DNA of 64,000 nucleotides, from NCBI GenBank assembly GCA_964497185.1, contig CAZCBX010000006.1, positions 49,904 through 113,903 of the forward strand, read 5' to 3'. This document shows positions 11,336 through 20,020 of the stretch, one piece after another (position 1 is the first letter of the stretch; each line of letters begins with the position of its first letter). The stretch is from an uncultured Bdellovibrionales bacterium. GTDB taxonomy: Bacteria > Bdellovibrionota_G > JALEGL01 > JAGRMV01. The notes under the pieces are model-generated. The model was not told the origin of the DNA and made no database searches. It saw only the letters and a list, made by a program, of their open reading frames with translations. The position numbers and the translations under genes are program-made.

Positions 11336-12733
11336 TTAGGATAGTTCTTGTACACTAGTTTCAAAGCGGGCTTGAATGTAGGGCTTAACAATTGGACTGG
11401 TTTTGATTTTCGCCCCCAGGGTATAGAGCAAATTGTACAAACCAATTTCAGCTCGCATAATGTAAGTCAACTCGGGCCAAAGGATTTTTGCCTTTGCAGA
11501 CGCTTGAAAAAGCCGCTTAAATTCGTTTAAAATCATACCATCTGAAAAATCGACCACTTGATCTACTTGGGTATCCCAACGAGGATAAATTTGGGCGTAC
11601 AATCTTGAAAAACCTCGATGAACTTCTAGCTGAGCTTCTGTGAGCTCATTAACTGAAAATTTCCGATGAACCTTTTCCACCATGGCTTTGTACTGACGCT
11701 GATCCTGATCCAAATCCAGCGTTAAAGATGAAACAAAAGCGTCAATCATGTCGCTGGGCACGGCTTTGACGCATCCAAAATCAACCAAGCCAATTGATCC
11801 ATCTGGATCAAAAAGATAATTGCCCAAATGTGGATCGGCGTGCAAATAGCCAATGCGATGGATTTGATGGTGATACATGTTCATTAATTGACGGGCCAAT
11901 CGATTGCGAAAAGCTTGAGATTTTTCTTTTTCCAATATTTTTTCTAAACTCATACCGGGCACAACACTCATGGTCAGCACCTTAGCGTTTGAAAATTCTG
12001 GATGGACTTTGGGCAATGCAACGCCTTCAAAATTTTCAAAACCCTTGGCAAAAATGGAAATATTCTTTGCTTCGTGCAGGTAATCTGTCTCCTCTAGTAA
12101 CCCGCGCTTAAGTTCATCGAATGCAGCTTGATGGTAATGTTTGGTCCACATCATCGGTTTGAAGGTGGTGCGAATCACTTGCAAATCATGCTCGATGGTT
12201 TTGGCAATGTTGGGGTATTGCAACTTCACCACCACTGGGGTGCCATCCTTAAGTTTTGCATGGTGTACCTGCCCCATGGAAGCTGAGGCAAACGCTTGAG
12301 CATCAAATTCGCCAAACACTTTCTCTGGCATGACACCAAATACTTTTTTAAACTGCAACCTGGCCATGGTCGGATTCATGCTGGGGGCATGCATTTGTAA
12401 CGTGCTTAGCTCCGTCAAAGCTTGCTCAGGCAGCCATTGGCCCTGCATACTCATCATCTGGCCCAGTTTCATCCAAGGCCCTTTTAAGCCTTTAAGAGCC
12501 TGTGTGGCTTTAACAGCCTGGTCACTCACCTTTTGGTCTGCCAGTTTCGCTGCTTGGTCTTGCTCTAAAAACGCCTTTTGAATTTGATACCCAATGTAAC
12601 TATTGGAAATACCCAATCCCACTTTGGCCATGGTCCACGCGCGTTTGATTTGCCCTTGTGTAAAATCAAAGTCTTCTTCCTCCGTACTTGCGGCATCAGA
12701 ATCATGCTGATCATCCGCGCTTACCATGTCCAT
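11336..12733 (-). CDS. ABC1/AarF/UbiB family atypical kinase
   Basis: [38 protein letters not shown]. Likely start MDMVS overlaps the TetR stop. Confidence 0.93.
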   Translation of the reverse strand: MDMVSADDQHDSDAASTEEEDFDFTQGQIKRAWTMAKVGLGISNSYIGYQIQKAFLEQDQAAKLADQKVSDQAVKATQALKGLKGPWMKLGQMMSMQGQWLPEQALTELSTLQMHAPSMNPTMARLQFKKVFGVMPEKVFGEFDAQAFASASMGQVHHAKLKDGTPVVVKLQYPNIAKTIEHDLQVIRTTFKPMMWTKHYHQAAFDELKRGLLEETDYLHEAKNISIFAKGFENFEGVALPKVHPEFSNAKVLTMSVVPGMSLEKILEKEKSQAFRNRLARQLMNMYHHQIHRIGYLHADPHLGNYLFDPDGSIGLVDFGCVKAVPSDMIDAFVSSLTLDLDQDQRQYKAMVEKVHRKFSVNELTEAQLEVHRGFSRLYAQIYPRWDTQVDQVVDFSDGMILNEFKRLFQASAKAKILWPELTYIMRAEIGLYNLLYTLGAKIKTSPIVKPYIQARFETSVQELS

Positions 12734-13368
12734 GGGCTTTTGTTTAAAAAAGCAAACCCCATGGTTAGCGAACGATCCAACATGGCCATGGTTTTTTGCT
12801 TGTCTTCGGAAGTATCTTTGAGCCAGTAATACAAAATACCATAATAGTAGGTTGCAAACATGTAAGCACCCCAATCACCCAGGGGAGGAATTTCTCCATT
12901 TTCATGGGCTTTCACGAACAATTCTTTGATAAATTGAAGGTACCGACTGGTGTGAACTTGGGTGTCTAATTTAAGCGGATTGAGTTTGGATCGAGGATCC
13001 AACGCTTTGATAAATGCCGCATGAATAAAATCTTCGTAGGGTGACAGCTGTTCAAGTTGCATATGAATCAGACCAAAAAGTTTTTCGTTGAGTGGGGCTT
13101 TTTGCAACGTTTTATCTTTTTGATACTGCGACATAACTTGCTCAATTTCTTTTTCATAGAAATACAGCGCCAAGTCTTCTTTGGTGGCAAAATAATTGTA
13201 AATGGTGCCTTCAGCCACGCCAGCTTGAGCGGCCAGTTCTTTTGTGGTGGTTTGCGCAAAGCCCTTTTTTTGAAACAACGTCAGCGCAGCTTGCAAAATT
13301 TTGTCTTTCACAACTTGCTTTTTGGTTTCTCGAACCCGAGAAGCGGACTTTTTCTTTGTTTTTGGCAT
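12721..13368 (-). CDS. TetR/AcrR family transcriptional regulator
   Basis: [43 protein letters not shown] helix-turn-helix. Confidence 0.93.
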   Translation of the reverse strand: MPKTKKKSASRVRETKKQVVKDKILQAALTLFQKKGFAQTTTKELAAQAGVAEGTIYNYFATKEDLALYFYEKEIEQVMSQYQKDKTLQKAPLNEKLFGLIHMQLEQLSPYEDFIHAAFIKALDPRSKLNPLKLDTQVHTSRYLQFIKELFVKAHENGEIPPLGDWGAYMFATYYYGILYYWLKDTSEDKQKTMAMLDRSLTMGFAFLNKSPWTW

Positions 13369-13445
13369 GAGTATACTCATTATTATCAGATCCCCTTGCG
13401 GGTGTAAATCTGCGACTTTCTTGAAAAAAGGCGTAAAAAACCTGT

Positions 13446-13473
13446 TTGACTCCCCTTCGGAATGTGGTAGAAC
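13446..13473 (+). promoter_or_regulatory. Putative sigma70-type promoter of tRNA-Asp
   Basis: TTGACT-16 nt-TAGAAC with an upstream TG, ending 16 nt before the tRNA. Confidence 0.45.
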
Positions 13474-13489
13474 CAACTTTCAAAATTTA

Positions 13490-13566
13490 GGGGTCGTAGT
13501 TCAGTTGGTTAGAACGCCTGCCTGTCACGCAGGAGGTCGCGGGTTCGAGTCCCGTCGGCCCCGCCA
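13490..13566 (+). tRNA. tRNA-Asp (anticodon GTC)
   Basis: GGGGTCG/CGGCCCC acceptor stem, CCTGC-CT-GTC-AC-GCAGG anticodon arm, GGTTCGAGTCC, GCCA. Confidence 0.98.
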
Positions 13567-13660
13567 CTGTCTTCTTTTGGAGATGGTTGCTTCTCTTTAT
13601 CTTTATTCTATATTATTGCACGTGCTGGGGACTCGAACAGAGTTCGTCTATTTACTGGGT

Positions 13661-13806
13661 TTAGTGGTTCTTGTGACGTTAGGAACTAGGCCAGTTTCGC
13701 GCACACTCCTTGAGCACGAAACTTGGCATAAGCCGCGTTACTAAAGCAACGGCTAAAACCACTTATGTCATAATTTTTTTTCAGCTATGCTGAAGGGAAA
13801 TTTGAC
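13661..13806 (+). mobile_element. Two-hairpin mini-element (79 nt once the nested copy is removed)
   Basis: GGGT|TTAGTGGTTCT..GACGTTAGG..AG[nested]AACCACTTATGTCA...TGAC|CT; hairpin 1 is nearly the same as in the Val copy. Confidence 0.75.
13690..13756 (-). mobile_element. Nested inverted mini-element copy, 67 nt
   Basis: Reverse complement reads GGTT|TTAGCCG...CGGCTTATGCCAAGTTTCG...CGAAACTGGC|CT. Removing it restores the host stem arm AGAACCAC. Confidence 0.75.
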
Positions 13807-13922
13807 CTCCTTACGGCTCCATGGCGTCGGCTTTTTCTTTTTTTACTTTAGGTTTAGCATGTGAAATTTTGTTTTTTTCCAAGCAGGTGGGGACATGTGC
13901 CTTTCGTACAGGGCCCGCGGTT

Positions 13923-14915
13923 TTAGGATTGGATGGATTGGAGGAGTTTTAGGAGGGCTTTTTCTTCTTTGTTGGTGAAGTTGTCCTGATCGATTTCTTT
14001 GAGGACTTCTTCAATGTAGTTTTGAAGCGTGACACCCGCCTCGTATTGTTGAACCACACGGGGGTCGATGTAGTTGGCTTTGGCCACGGCTTCGGTGTTG
14101 CCCAAGTGCTGTGCAACTTGATTGATGGCTTCTTTGATTTTTGTTTTTTGTTCTTTTTGGCTTTCCACCACGCCCATTTCATTTAATAACGTTGCTGCCA
14201 AAAAAGTACCGGCCCAGGTTCGAAAGTCTTTAGCGGAGTACTCCTCACCCATGACTTCATGAATGTACCGATTAAGATCGTCAGACTTTACATCTACTTT
14301 TTGTCCTTCTGAATCAAAGTATTTGAAAATTTCATAGCCGGGCACTTCATCAATTTCTCTGACGATTTCTGCCAGTCTTCGGTCTTTGATCTTTTTGGTG
14401 TGGGTCTTTCCTGATTTGCCCTTATAGCTAAAAGTAAGTTTATGGCCCTGCACATCCAAATGCTTAGACCTTAGTGTGGTTAGCCCGTAGGTTTGATTCT
14501 GGCTGGTATAGTAATCGCTGCCTGGTCGAAAGTAAGCATTTTCCATCAAGCGCACCATGCACGCCATAACTTTATCACGATTGAGATTGGGTTGCGCCAA
14601 ATGCTGGCCGGTCACTTGTCGCATATGAGAAAGGCGAGAAGCAAAGTCGATGATTCGCGCAAACTTTTTCTTTTCCTGTTTTTCGCGCCATTTGGGGTTG
14701 TATATGTACTGCTTGCGCCCTTTGACATCCCGTCCCCAAGCAAAAACTTTTGCCCGCGGCTGCTGTGCAAAAATATGAACATCCGTCCACGCTGGCGGAA
14801 TGGCCAAACTTTGAATCCACGACTTGAGTTTTTTGGACACAATGGTTTTACGGGTTTGCGCATCCAGGTACCGAAAGCCCTGTCCCCACTTTTTTCGCTC
14901 GATGGTTTGGCCCAT
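13923..14915 (-). CDS. DNA topoisomerase IB (bacterial, poxvirus-like)
   Basis: IPPAWTDV, GRDVKGRKQYIY, FRPGS, YGLTTL, FSYKGKSG, SAKDFRTW, LGNTEAVAKANYIDP (catalytic Tyr). Confidence 0.95.
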   Translation of the reverse strand: MGQTIERKKWGQGFRYLDAQTRKTIVSKKLKSWIQSLAIPPAWTDVHIFAQQPRAKVFAWGRDVKGRKQYIYNPKWREKQEKKKFARIIDFASRLSHMRQVTGQHLAQPNLNRDKVMACMVRLMENAYFRPGSDYYTSQNQTYGLTTLRSKHLDVQGHKLTFSYKGKSGKTHTKKIKDRRLAEIVREIDEVPGYEIFKYFDSEGQKVDVKSDDLNRYIHEVMGEEYSAKDFRTWAGTFLAATLLNEMGVVESQKEQKTKIKEAINQVAQHLGNTEAVAKANYIDPRVVQQYEAGVTLQNYIEEVLKEIDQDNFTNKEEKALLKLLQSIQS

Positions 14916-15002
14916 AGTTTTTTATCATGCGTGAATGTTTTACGTGTCACATATAGCGTTGGTTAGGTGGTCTTTTTTTCTTTAGTTTTTGGCTCGACAT
15001 CC

Positions 15003-15081
15003 GTCAGTTGCAGTCACCTGTAGGCAATGGCTCGCCCCTTCGGGGCTGTGCTTTATTTGCCTACAGGTGACTGCAACCGAC
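15003..15081. repeat. Long intergenic palindrome (25-bp arms, one mismatch) with conserved loop
   Basis: GTCAGTTGCAGTCACCTGTAGGCAA / TTGCCTACAGGTGACTGCAACCGAC around loop TGGCTCGCCCCTTCGGGGCTGTGCTTTAT; loop is related to that of 27982-28054. Confidence 0.9.
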
Positions 15082-15128
15082 TCGGTTTGAGGGTAAAAAT
15101 TATTACAAAAAATTAAATTGGTTTATAT

Positions 15129-15171
15129 GTCATTGAATTAGTTGCAGAAGATCTGCAACTAATTCAATGAC
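15129..15171. repeat. Perfect 20-bp inverted repeat with 3-nt loop
   Basis: GTCATTGAATTAGTTGCAGA-AGA-TCTGCAACTAATTCAATGAC. Confidence 0.9.
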
Positions 15172-15353
15172 TACGTTTCTATTTTTTTCTTTTTTTCAAA
15201 TACTTAAACGTTTAAAAATCAAGTTTCTTGACCAGCTTCATTGCACTTGATTTTTTTGTTTTACAAGTTTAATTACATTAATTGTTCAAATTAAAAATCA
15301 TCAAAACGTAAATAATTATTGATAAAAACAACCATTATCAAAAGAGCTTATCC

Positions 15354-17843
15354 ATGAAAAAAAATCCCAACATCATTTCAAATTTTCTTAAGATATTTTC
15401 ATCATCTGCGAACAACCTATTACTTTTTTCTTTATTGATAGGTTTGGTTGGTTGTTCAAACAGCAGTACCAATACAGATGAATTATTTTCATCAAGTCGA
15501 GTAATTACTTTTGAGGAAATCTACCCAGAAAACCGTGGTGAGATTCAAAGCCAAAATTTTTCTTTAGATAAGTGGTCATGGAATCAAGATATCGCTGAAG
15601 GTGCGACTCTTCAGGAAGGCATTCACTATACGCTAGACTCAAACATGATTCCAGCAGGCTTGAGTTTTCAAATCAAAATTAATACCAATAGAACAGCAAC
15701 ATTCAGCCTACTTGGAAGAGCCATTGACCATCATGTGAGCGACTCAGTAAATGATATTAACTTTACCTTTCTTAAAGATGCTTTCTTAGCAGGTTCGCCA
15801 AAGGCTTTAGCAGAGGAAAAACTACCGACATCGATCAATATTCTTTTTGGCATTGGTTATCAATTATCAGGCACGGTTGTTGACTTGGTTGACAAGGTTG
15901 AGCTTACTGAAGTTCGTCAAGGTCAATCCGTGGTGTTAACATCTGAAAGTACAAATTTTGTTTTTTCGAACCGGTATGAAGATGGAGATCCATTTGAACT
16001 TGAAGTTTTCAATTTCACAGGCAATAAAGTTTGTGGATTAAATCAATCTGATGGGACTTTTGCATCACAAAATTATGATTCTCTGATTTTAACCTGTTCT
16101 TCTCCGATTCAGCCAACAGTGTTGAATCTTGATGCTATCGTACCTTATAGAACAATGCAGTATAGTTGGGTTGATGCTCAACACGCTATGTTTTATTACC
16201 TTGAGGAATCACTTGATGGTGGAATAACCTACGAACCAGTGTCGGAAAATATAGCTACAAACGTTCAGGCTGGAGAATATATGCTTGAAAACTCATTGTA
16301 TGAAAGTTTCGGAGCACAATACCGTTTACAATCATGCAATTCTCAAGAATGCGTCGCTTCGAACACCATTGTCATACCACAAATTATGCTCAATAATTAC
16401 ATAGATTATTTAAAAGCAAGCAATACAGGTGGTAATGATAATTTTGGACATGCTTTATCAATTAGTGACGATGGGAACACTTTGGCAGTTGGGGCATACT
16501 ATGAAGACAGCAATTCTACAGGCATCAACGGAAACCAAGATGATAATAGTTCATCAAATTCGGGAGCCGTATATATTTTTACACGGACAAATACTGGATG
16601 GAGCCAAGAAGCATATTTAAAAGCCAGCAATTCAGATTTTAATGACCAGTTTGGCAATGCGATATCATTGAGTGGAGATGGTTCTACGTTAGCAGTAGGT
16701 GCCCATTACGAAGATAGCGGATCCACAGGTATAAATGGAAATCAAAATAATGACAATGCATCACAATCGGGTGCTGTTTATATATTTATAAAAAATGATT
16801 TTGGATGGTCACAGGAGGCATATATTAAAGCTAGTAATCCTGGTGTAGATGATCGGTTTGGGTCCTCAGTTTCACTCAATGGTGCCGGCAATAAATTGGC
16901 CGTAGGTGCAATCCATGAAGGCAGTGGCGCGACTGGTGTAAATGGAAATCAATATGATGAGAGTGAAGGTTGGTCCGGTGCGGCTTATGTATTTTCTAAA
17001 AATCAAGGTGTATGGGCTCAGGATGCTTATTTCAAGGCAAGTAATACCTCATCAGAAAATCATTTTGGACAATCTGTTTCAATGAGTGCGGATGGAAATA
17101 CTTTGGCGGTAGGAGCTCCCCTTGAATATAGTGAAGCTACTGGCATAAACGGTGATGGAAATCAAAGTGTTGATAGCTCCAGCGTAAACTCAGGTGCTGC
17201 TTATATCTTTTCCAATAGTGCATCTGGTTGGAGCCAGGATGCCTATATCAAAGCAAGTAATGCTGAGGAAAACGATCGATTTGGATATTCCCTTTCTTTG
17301 AGCGGTGACGGCTATACTCTTGCAGTAGGGGCCTCTGATGAAGACAGCAGCGCAACTGATATAAACGGAAATCAAAATAGCAATAGTGAATCAAACTCAG
17401 GTGCCGTATACATTTTTACGAAAAATAATTCCTCTTGGAGTCAAGAAGCTTATATTAAAGCAAGCAACACTGACGAAGGCGACAAATTCGGTAGTTCTGT
17501 ATCGTTAAATTATGATGGAGATTTTTTAGCAGTGGGAGCAAAGTTAGAAAGTAGTAGTTCCATAGGGTTAAACGGCAATCAAAACAACCATTTCAGTACA
17601 TCAGAATCTGGAGCAGTATACATATATGAACGCTCTTCACATATTTGGAATCAACATACATACGTAAAATCAAGCAATACAGATTCTGAAGATGAGTTTG
17701 GTTCTGCAGTATCGATAAGTGGGGATGGGGCCACATTGGCTGTGGGTGCAAATAAAGAAAACAGCAGTGCGATGGGCATCAATGGCAATCAAAATGATAA
17801 CAGCTCCAGCTCTGGCGATTCAGGTGCAGTATACGTTTATTGA
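15354..17843 (+). CDS. Lipoprotein with seven FG-GAP/integrin-alpha-like repeats (probable beta-propeller)
   Basis: Lipobox LVGC; seven repeats of Y.KASN....D.FG..S.S.DG.TLAVGA..E.S...GINGNQ.....SGAVY.F; visibly AT-rich coding sequence. Confidence 0.9.
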   Translation: MKKNPNIISNFLKIFSSSANNLLLFSLLIGLVGCSNSSTNTDELFSSSRVITFEEIYPENRGEIQSQNFSLDKWSWNQDIAEGATLQEGIHYTLDSNMIPAGLSFQIKINTNRTATFSLLGRAIDHHVSDSVNDINFTFLKDAFLAGSPKALAEEKLPTSINILFGIGYQLSGTVVDLVDKVELTEVRQGQSVVLTSESTNFVFSNRYEDGDPFELEVFNFTGNKVCGLNQSDGTFASQNYDSLILTCSSPIQPTVLNLDAIVPYRTMQYSWVDAQHAMFYYLEESLDGGITYEPVSENIATNVQAGEYMLENSLYESFGAQYRLQSCNSQECVASNTIVIPQIMLNNYIDYLKASNTGGNDNFGHALSISDDGNTLAVGAYYEDSNSTGINGNQDDNSSSNSGAVYIFTRTNTGWSQEAYLKASNSDFNDQFGNAISLSGDGSTLAVGAHYEDSGSTGINGNQNNDNASQSGAVYIFIKNDFGWSQEAYIKASNPGVDDRFGSSVSLNGAGNKLAVGAIHEGSGATGVNGNQYDESEGWSGAAYVFSKNQGVWAQDAYFKASNTSSENHFGQSVSMSADGNTLAVGAPLEYSEATGINGDGNQSVDSSSVNSGAAYIFSNSASGWSQDAYIKASNAEENDRFGYSLSLSGDGYTLAVGASDEDSSATDINGNQNSNSESNSGAVYIFTKNNSSWSQEAYIKASNTDEGDKFGSSVSLNYDGDFLAVGAKLESSSSIGLNGNQNNHFSTSESGAVYIYERSSHIWNQHTYVKSSNTDSEDEFGSAVSISGDGATLAVGANKENSSAMGINGNQNDNSSSSGDSGAVYVY

Positions 17844-17964
17844 GTATAAAAGTCTTATGAGGGTAAAAAATTTTTAAGATGAATGCATTTCGATTCAACT
17901 CAATGAATAATCCTTCATTAAATCACTAAATTTTAAAAAAATGTATTTTAATGTTCTCGATCCT

Positions 17965-18636
17965 TTAATTGACGGGAGCAGCTAAAAAAGGAAAGGTTTC
18001 CAACTCAGCTGATGGTGCGCCAATACCATCATCAATAGCATCTACCCCTGTCGAAGCGCCCTTCATTACCACTGTATAGTAAGTCTGAATCACATCTACG
18101 ATTGGCTTACGGCCGCCGCAATCATTATTAGGATCTCCTCCAGAGGGATCATTAGTTAATCCCATGGCCGTTAGCTCTACAGCCATATATACCTCGCATT
18201 CGCTTCCTGCGTTCCGATCAATGTAAATCTGATCATCCAACAAAAGTTGCCCAAAAGCATCATAGCGGCCTGCATTGGTGGCTAACGGTGAACTAACCGC
18301 AATATCCGAACGATTGGTTAGGGCATTGTCGCCACAGCCATTGCCATTGGTACCTTCATCGCGCAGTCCATCATACGATGCCAAGCTAAAGCTTACCTCA
18401 GATAAAAAGTCACTGGATGCATCCTCCAATGATGTGGTGTTGTAATCATTGAGCTGATCATCTCGTTGCGTGTCACTGCGAAATGTACCGATGAAAAGTT
18501 CTGAAAAATAAGCTCGGCCAGCGCGGTCAATCAAACGGCCTTCAGGTTCAGGAGGTGTGACATCATCATCGCTGCTGCTACACGCAGCTATACTAAAAAG
18601 GATCATGGCGGATAAAATTATCTTGCTTCGTTTCAT
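17965..18636 (-). CDS. Lipoprotein, DUF4331-like (C-terminal part)
   Basis: Lipobox IAAC; IDRAGR, CGGRKP..DVI and C-terminal FPFLAAP motifs typical of DUF4331. Confidence 0.7.
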   Translation of the reverse strand: MKRSKIILSAMILFSIAACSSSDDDVTPPEPEGRLIDRAGRAYFSELFIGTFRSDTQRDDQLNDYNTTSLEDASSDFLSEVSFSLASYDGLRDEGTNGNGCGDNALTNRSDIAVSSPLATNAGRYDAFGQLLLDDQIYIDRNAGSECEVYMAVELTAMGLTNDPSGGDPNNDCGGRKPIVDVIQTYYTVVMKGASTGVDAIDDGIGAPSAELETFPFLAAPVN

Positions 18637-18638
18637 GC

Positions 18639-19361
18639 TTATTGCTCCGGGGTGAGTGTGGTTGGGTCAAATGTTTCGGTAGTGGCATACACGCCATAAA
18701 CGGGTCCTTCGCCCACAATGTTGGTATCTGCTTGTATAGCGATGGCCAAAATATTTTGGTCTTGATAGGCGTTTTCGGGTGATTCCTCCTCACCTGTGTA
18801 AGTGTCCAGCAAGCTATCACGTTGAGCATTGAGCAAAGCGTGGCACTGTGCTGAATCATTGGAGGCCGCTTGGTTGTCTTGTCGTTGTGCCGCGCGGGCT
18901 GTGTTGAAATTGGCTTTGTCTCTAAAGGATGGATCCTTGGCTAAGCGGGTGATGATTCGAAATGTACCAGCAGTGTTGCCCACACCTGAAGGGCCGGGGA
19001 TATTCGCATTAACATCACTTACAAGTACTCCAGAGCCATCCTTCTCACATGTCACGCGACCCGTCTCGCCAAAATAACACTCAATGGTGGTTTCAGTTTG
19101 AGTGGTGCCGTAGGATGCACTGTTGTTAATGTGGAATACGTATTTGGCTTCGGTAGAAAATTCTGAATCCGTGTCTGCATTGGGATGAACGGTCATAATT
19201 AAATTCATGGTGTCATTGTCTTCCATCCACGCATAAACGTTGGCGATGTCAGTTGAAGGCTTGGCGGATACATCGGATCCATCCTGATGATCGGCAAGTG
19301 AATTACCCGCCCAAAAGCTAACGAATAGCGCCCAAAATACTGTAAAAATACATACTTGCAC
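18639..19361 (-). CDS. Secreted DUF4331-like protein (N-terminal part)
   Basis: Signal peptide followed by ADHQDG....P.TDIANVYAW; FSTEAKYVFHI; DPSF; NILAIAI. Confidence 0.75.
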   Translation of the reverse strand: MQVCIFTVFWALFVSFWAGNSLADHQDGSDVSAKPSTDIANVYAWMEDNDTMNLIMTVHPNADTDSEFSTEAKYVFHINNSASYGTTQTETTIECYFGETGRVTCEKDGSGVLVSDVNANIPGPSGVGNTAGTFRIITRLAKDPSFRDKANFNTARAAQRQDNQAASNDSAQCHALLNAQRDSLLDTYTGEEESPENAYQDQNILAIAIQADTNIVGEGPVYGVYATTETFDPTTLTPEQ

Positions 19362-19490
19362 AGATAACCTCCATTGGTTTTTTCTTATAGATTATAACAC
19401 TGCCAGGCATCATGACACAAGCAACACTTATTTTATCTAGCTTTAGCAAGGTTGCATCGACGCAAAGGCGTGAATATAGTGAGAATAATC

Positions 19491-20009
19491 ATGAAAAGAG
19501 CCGTTTTGAACCATTTGCGTCGATTTGATGTTGTAGCTTGTTTGTTAACAGGGCTGCTGGGTGGTACGCTCTACTTATTGCTCATTTTATTTTGGATTCC
19601 ACTTTGGGATGGCGGCACGCCTGGCATCATGCTTCGCTGGGCCGCTTCGTTTGCCATGGGCGGTGAGATTCTTGCGCCACCTTCTACGTTTGGTTGGGAT
19701 GTGCTGGCATATGCCGTGGGCAGCTTTTGGTTGGCGGGCGTGGTGTTTGCACTGATCGTTAATTTTATTCTCCATGGTGTAAACGAGTGGCTCGGTTTGC
19801 TCGGTGGCATGGGTTTTGGATTGATTTTGTATGGCATCGATTTTTATTATTTTGATGCTTATTACCCCTGGCTGATTGCATCTCGAAGCACCGCCATGGT
19901 GATCACCTACATTGTGTTTGGTGGCTTTGTGGGGTACGTGTATCATGTGATTGCCGCCAGACGTGGCCATCACCCCATCGATTCACAACCTTTGAAAACG
20001 GCTTCCTAA
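19491..20009 (+). CDS. Hypothetical integral membrane protein (about 4 TM)
   Basis: Hydrophobic ORF; start taken at MKRAV. Confidence 0.7.
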   Translation: MKRAVLNHLRRFDVVACLLTGLLGGTLYLLLILFWIPLWDGGTPGIMLRWAASFAMGGEILAPPSTFGWDVLAYAVGSFWLAGVVFALIVNFILHGVNEWLGLLGGMGFGLILYGIDFYYFDAYYPWLIASRSTAMVITYIVFGGFVGYVYHVIAARRGHHPIDSQPLKTAS

Positions 20010-20020
20010 GGTCTGCCTAA

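Larger units (their letters stand above)
13567..13831 (+). repeat. tRNA-Asp-linked repeat unit with a truncated copy of the tRNA 3' end
   Basis: Ends in CGGCTCCATGG+CGTCGGC, the same junction as the Leu repeats; contains the anti-T-loop GGGACTCGAAC at 13628-13638. Confidence 0.75.

Noticed and set aside
13850-13870. GGTTTAGCATG after the Asp repeat, resembling another mini-element start
   Set aside because: No paired stem and no CTTATG linker follow.
13923-14915. Tyrosine integrase of a tRNA-Asp island
   Set aside because: Motifs match topoisomerase IB rather than a phage integrase, and I saw no distal copy of the tRNA-Asp 3' end that would mark an island boundary.
16400-17843. FG-GAP nucleotide repeats as a possible template/variable repeat pair of a diversity-generating retroelement
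   Set aside because: These are in-frame protein repeats with general divergence, no adenine-specific pattern was noticed, and there is no reverse transcriptase in the window.
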